Part shown: piece after piece, positions 61,783 through 64,000 of the stretch | How the letters are laid out: every line of letters begins with the position of its first letter | Position numbering within the stretch: position 1 is the stretch's first letter | Source: Arcobacteraceae bacterium | GTDB lineage: Bacteria > Campylobacterota > Campylobacteria > Campylobacterales > Arcobacteraceae | Assembly (NCBI GenBank): GCA_963662945.1 | Contig: OY759974.1 | Location: 1,888,001 to 1,952,000 of the forward strand | Direction: 5' to 3' | Length of the DNA: 64,000 bases | Translations under genes and position numbers: made by a program | Notes under the pieces: model-generated | The model's input: only the letters and a program-made list of their open reading frames with translations | Databases searched by the model: none | Told to the model about the DNA's origin: nothing

Positions 61783-62397
61783 ATGTCAAAAGTAATAGCA
61801 ATAGAATATACTCTTAATGATGCAAATTCAAAAGAGCAATTAGATACAAATGTTGGTGGTAATCCATTAGAATTTATTAGTGGTATGGGTCAAATCATCC
61901 CAGGATTAGAAAAAGAGATTGAAAATTTATCAGCTGGTGAAAAGGTTGACGTAATGGTTCAACCAGCAGAAGCGTATGGTGAATATAATGATGAAGCTGT
62001 ACAAACTCTACCAAAAGAACAATTCGCAGGAATTGATTTAGTTGAAGGTATGACTTTATATGGTACTGGTGAAGATCAACAAACAGTTCAAGTAACAGTA
62101 AAAACAATAGCTGATAATGAAGTAACAATTGATTATAATCACCCAATGGCTGGTAGAACATTAATGTTTAGTGTTGCTATTTTAGATGTTAGAGATGCAA
62201 CTGCTGAAGAGATTCAAACAGGTATTGTAGGTGGTTTAGCTGCAGCAGGTGGATGTTGTGGTGGAGGATCTTGTGGTTCTCATGACCATGGACATAGTCA
62301 CTCACACAAAGAAGTAGAATGTTGTGGTGGTGAAAAGCATGGTGAAGAGCACGAATGTTGTGGTGGTCACGATGGAGAAGGTTGTAAAAACCACTAA
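61783..62397 (+). CDS. slyD: FKBP-type peptidyl-prolyl isomerase SlyD with a His/Cys-rich tail
   Basis: GQIIPGLE, PAEAYGEY, DYNHPMAGRTL; tail GGCCGGGSCGSHDHGHSHSH... Confidence 0.93.
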   Translation: MSKVIAIEYTLNDANSKEQLDTNVGGNPLEFISGMGQIIPGLEKEIENLSAGEKVDVMVQPAEAYGEYNDEAVQTLPKEQFAGIDLVEGMTLYGTGEDQQTVQVTVKTIADNEVTIDYNHPMAGRTLMFSVAILDVRDATAEEIQTGIVGGLAAAGGCCGGGSCGSHDHGHSHSHKEVECCGGEKHGEEHECCGGHDGEGCKNH

Positions 62398-62418
62398 AAA
62401 CTATTTTTATAGTATTTT

Positions 62419-62454
62419 AAAATCCTCTTATTTTTTAATAAGAGGATTTTTTTT
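62419..62454. terminator. Bidirectional intrinsic terminator
   Basis: AAAATCCTCTTATT-tttt-AATAAGAGGATTTT perfect 14-bp stem followed by a T-run. Confidence 0.8.
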
Positions 62455-62464
62455 GTCTAATATT

Positions 62465-63592
62465 TTAGAGTTCAGATTCTAAACTTTTTCTAAACATAAA
62501 AAGTGCAAAGAGAAAAAATATAACACCAATTATAAATATACTTACTATACTCTTCCATACTACATTAAATCCAGCACCTTTAAATAGTATTGCTTGTGCA
62601 ATATCAACAAAGTGACTACTTGGCATAAAGTACATAATATATTGTATTGCTTCTGGCATACTTTCATAGGGGGTTATATTCCCAGAAAGCATCATTAAAG
62701 GAAGAATAGTTAATATAAATATCATTCCTAATTGAGGCATATTTTTTGCAAGAGTTCCCATAAAAATTCCTATAGAGGTAGTGGAAAATAATACTAAAAA
62801 TGTAGAAAATAAAAATAGAGGGATGGAACCTGGTAAAGGTACATGTAATATCCCTTGAACCATTATAAAAAGGGAAAAGGTAACACAGATTAATATTACA
62901 AGAGTGACTGAGAGTACTTTTGAGAACATAATTTCTGTAGCATTCAGCGGCATTACTAAAAGGTGTTCGATTGTTCCATGTTCTCTTTCTCTAATTAATG
63001 CAGCACTAGAGAGTAATATTGAAAGCATTATGATATTGTCTATAACTTCATTGATTGCCCCAAACCAACTGCTAGTGAGATTTGGATTATATTTATATCT
63101 CGTTACTATTGCAACTTTTGAAGTAGGATTTTCTTGAGTTTTTAAAAGATAGTTTTGAAGCTCTTGTGAAATGATTTGTTGAATATAACCACTACCTATA
63201 CCAGCTTGTGTCATTCTTGTTGCATCGATATTAACTTGAATATCTGGACTATTACCTGAGAGAATATCTTTCTCAAAATTAGAGGGTATAACCACAATAA
63301 AAGTATAAAATCCACTATCCATACTTGAATCAATTTGGGATAAAGATATAATTTCAGGAGTATTAAATCTTGGTTTATAAAAAGAGGAGATAATACGATT
63401 TGAGAGAGTAGTTCTATCTTCATCTACAAAAGCAATAGAGGTATTTTTAATTTCAGTTGATGTAGCTGATGAGCCTATATAAATAGCAAAACTAAATGAA
63501 TAAATGATGAAGATTAACATAACTCTATCACGCCATAAACTTCGGAGCTCTTTAATACTTAGGTTATAAATATTTAGTAAATTATTTTTCAT
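62465..63592 (-). CDS. ABC-2 permease (YhhJ-like)
   Basis: KELRSLWRD, REREHGTIEHLLVMP, LSGNITPYESMP. Confidence 0.88.
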   Translation of the reverse strand: MKNNLLNIYNLSIKELRSLWRDRVMLIFIIYSFSFAIYIGSSATSTEIKNTSIAFVDEDRTTLSNRIISSFYKPRFNTPEIISLSQIDSSMDSGFYTFIVVIPSNFEKDILSGNSPDIQVNIDATRMTQAGIGSGYIQQIISQELQNYLLKTQENPTSKVAIVTRYKYNPNLTSSWFGAINEVIDNIIMLSILLSSAALIREREHGTIEHLLVMPLNATEIMFSKVLSVTLVILICVTFSLFIMVQGILHVPLPGSIPLFLFSTFLVLFSTTSIGIFMGTLAKNMPQLGMIFILTILPLMMLSGNITPYESMPEAIQYIMYFMPSSHFVDIAQAILFKGAGFNVVWKSIVSIFIIGVIFFLFALFMFRKSLESEL

Positions 63593-64000
63593 TTAGACTT
63601 CCTGCTTTTTAAGAGCTAATATTGACAAAATAGTAATTACAAAGATAGAGATTATTAAGATTATGAACTCTTTATAAAGATCAGAAAATTCAACTGCTTT
63701 ACTAAAAATACCACGACTGATATTTATATAATAGCTTGCAGGAAAAATATTACCAATAACAGCGCCAATTCCTTCTAATGAACTTATAGGTTCTTTTAAA
63801 CCTGAAAATTGAATAGTTGGTAGAAGTGTTAATATAGCAGTTCCAGCTATTGCAGCAATTTGTGTTTTGGCAAAAGAGGACATAAGTAGTCCAACACCAG
63901 TAGTTGCAATTACATATAAAAATGTTCCAAAAGTGAGTGTGAGTATACTTCCTTTTAAAGGAACTTTAAAAACAAAAATTGCTAATAATACCAGTCCAAA
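63593..64000 (-). CDS. Partial ABC permease, C-terminus of an RbbA-like ATPase/permease fusion
   Basis: Frame is open to the window end (FGLVLLAIFVFKVPLKGS...MSSFAKTQIAAI...QFSG...SRGIFSK); upstream of the YhhJ-like gene. Confidence 0.75.
   Translation of the reverse strand, partial: FGLVLLAIFVFKVPLKGSILTLTFGTFLYVIATTGVGLLMSSFAKTQIAAIAGTAILTLLPTIQFSGLKEPISSLEGIGAVIGNIFPASYYINISRGIFSKAVEFSDLYKEFIILIISIFVITILSILALKKQEV

Overview
This AT-rich bacterial chromosome segment has a gene order and protein style pointing to Campylobacterota, most likely Arcobacteraceae (obg-proB-fmt-birA-parAB-atpF'FHAGDC-tol-pal synteny; many NIAHQWRQPL-type histidine kinases). Region 1-6.3 kb holds the end of a bat-type operon (partial nuclease-like ORF, batD, two DUF1566 proteins, HlyD-like protein, MFS) and tRNA-Leu(GAG). 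Region 6.3-43.4 kb is a sensing- and stress-rich accessory stretch: six histidine kinases (one with a LOV photosensor), three c-di-GMP enzymes (one with a CxxCH heme motif), a CZB chemoreceptor, ybgA, photolyase, two divergent Hsp20 genes with tandem CIRCE boxes (one Hsp20 has a signal peptide), and an ectoine/hydroxyectoine cluster. Region 43.4-64 kb is housekeeping (dnaG, ridA, rplU-rpmA-obg, proB, fmt, birA, parAB, ATP synthase, Tol-Pal, slyD, ABC permeases). The best candidate for an undescribed system is the regulation of the ectoine cluster. A divergent HspR-like MerR regulator faces ectA across four TACATA-N3-TATGTA palindromes arranged as two pairs 22-23 bp apart, one covering the ectA RBS. 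A non-phosphorylatable HsrA/HP1043-like response regulator and an unknown 100-aa gene sit between ectC and ectD. I saw no CRISPR array, integrase or transposase. All family calls come from motif recognition by eye; no searches were run.
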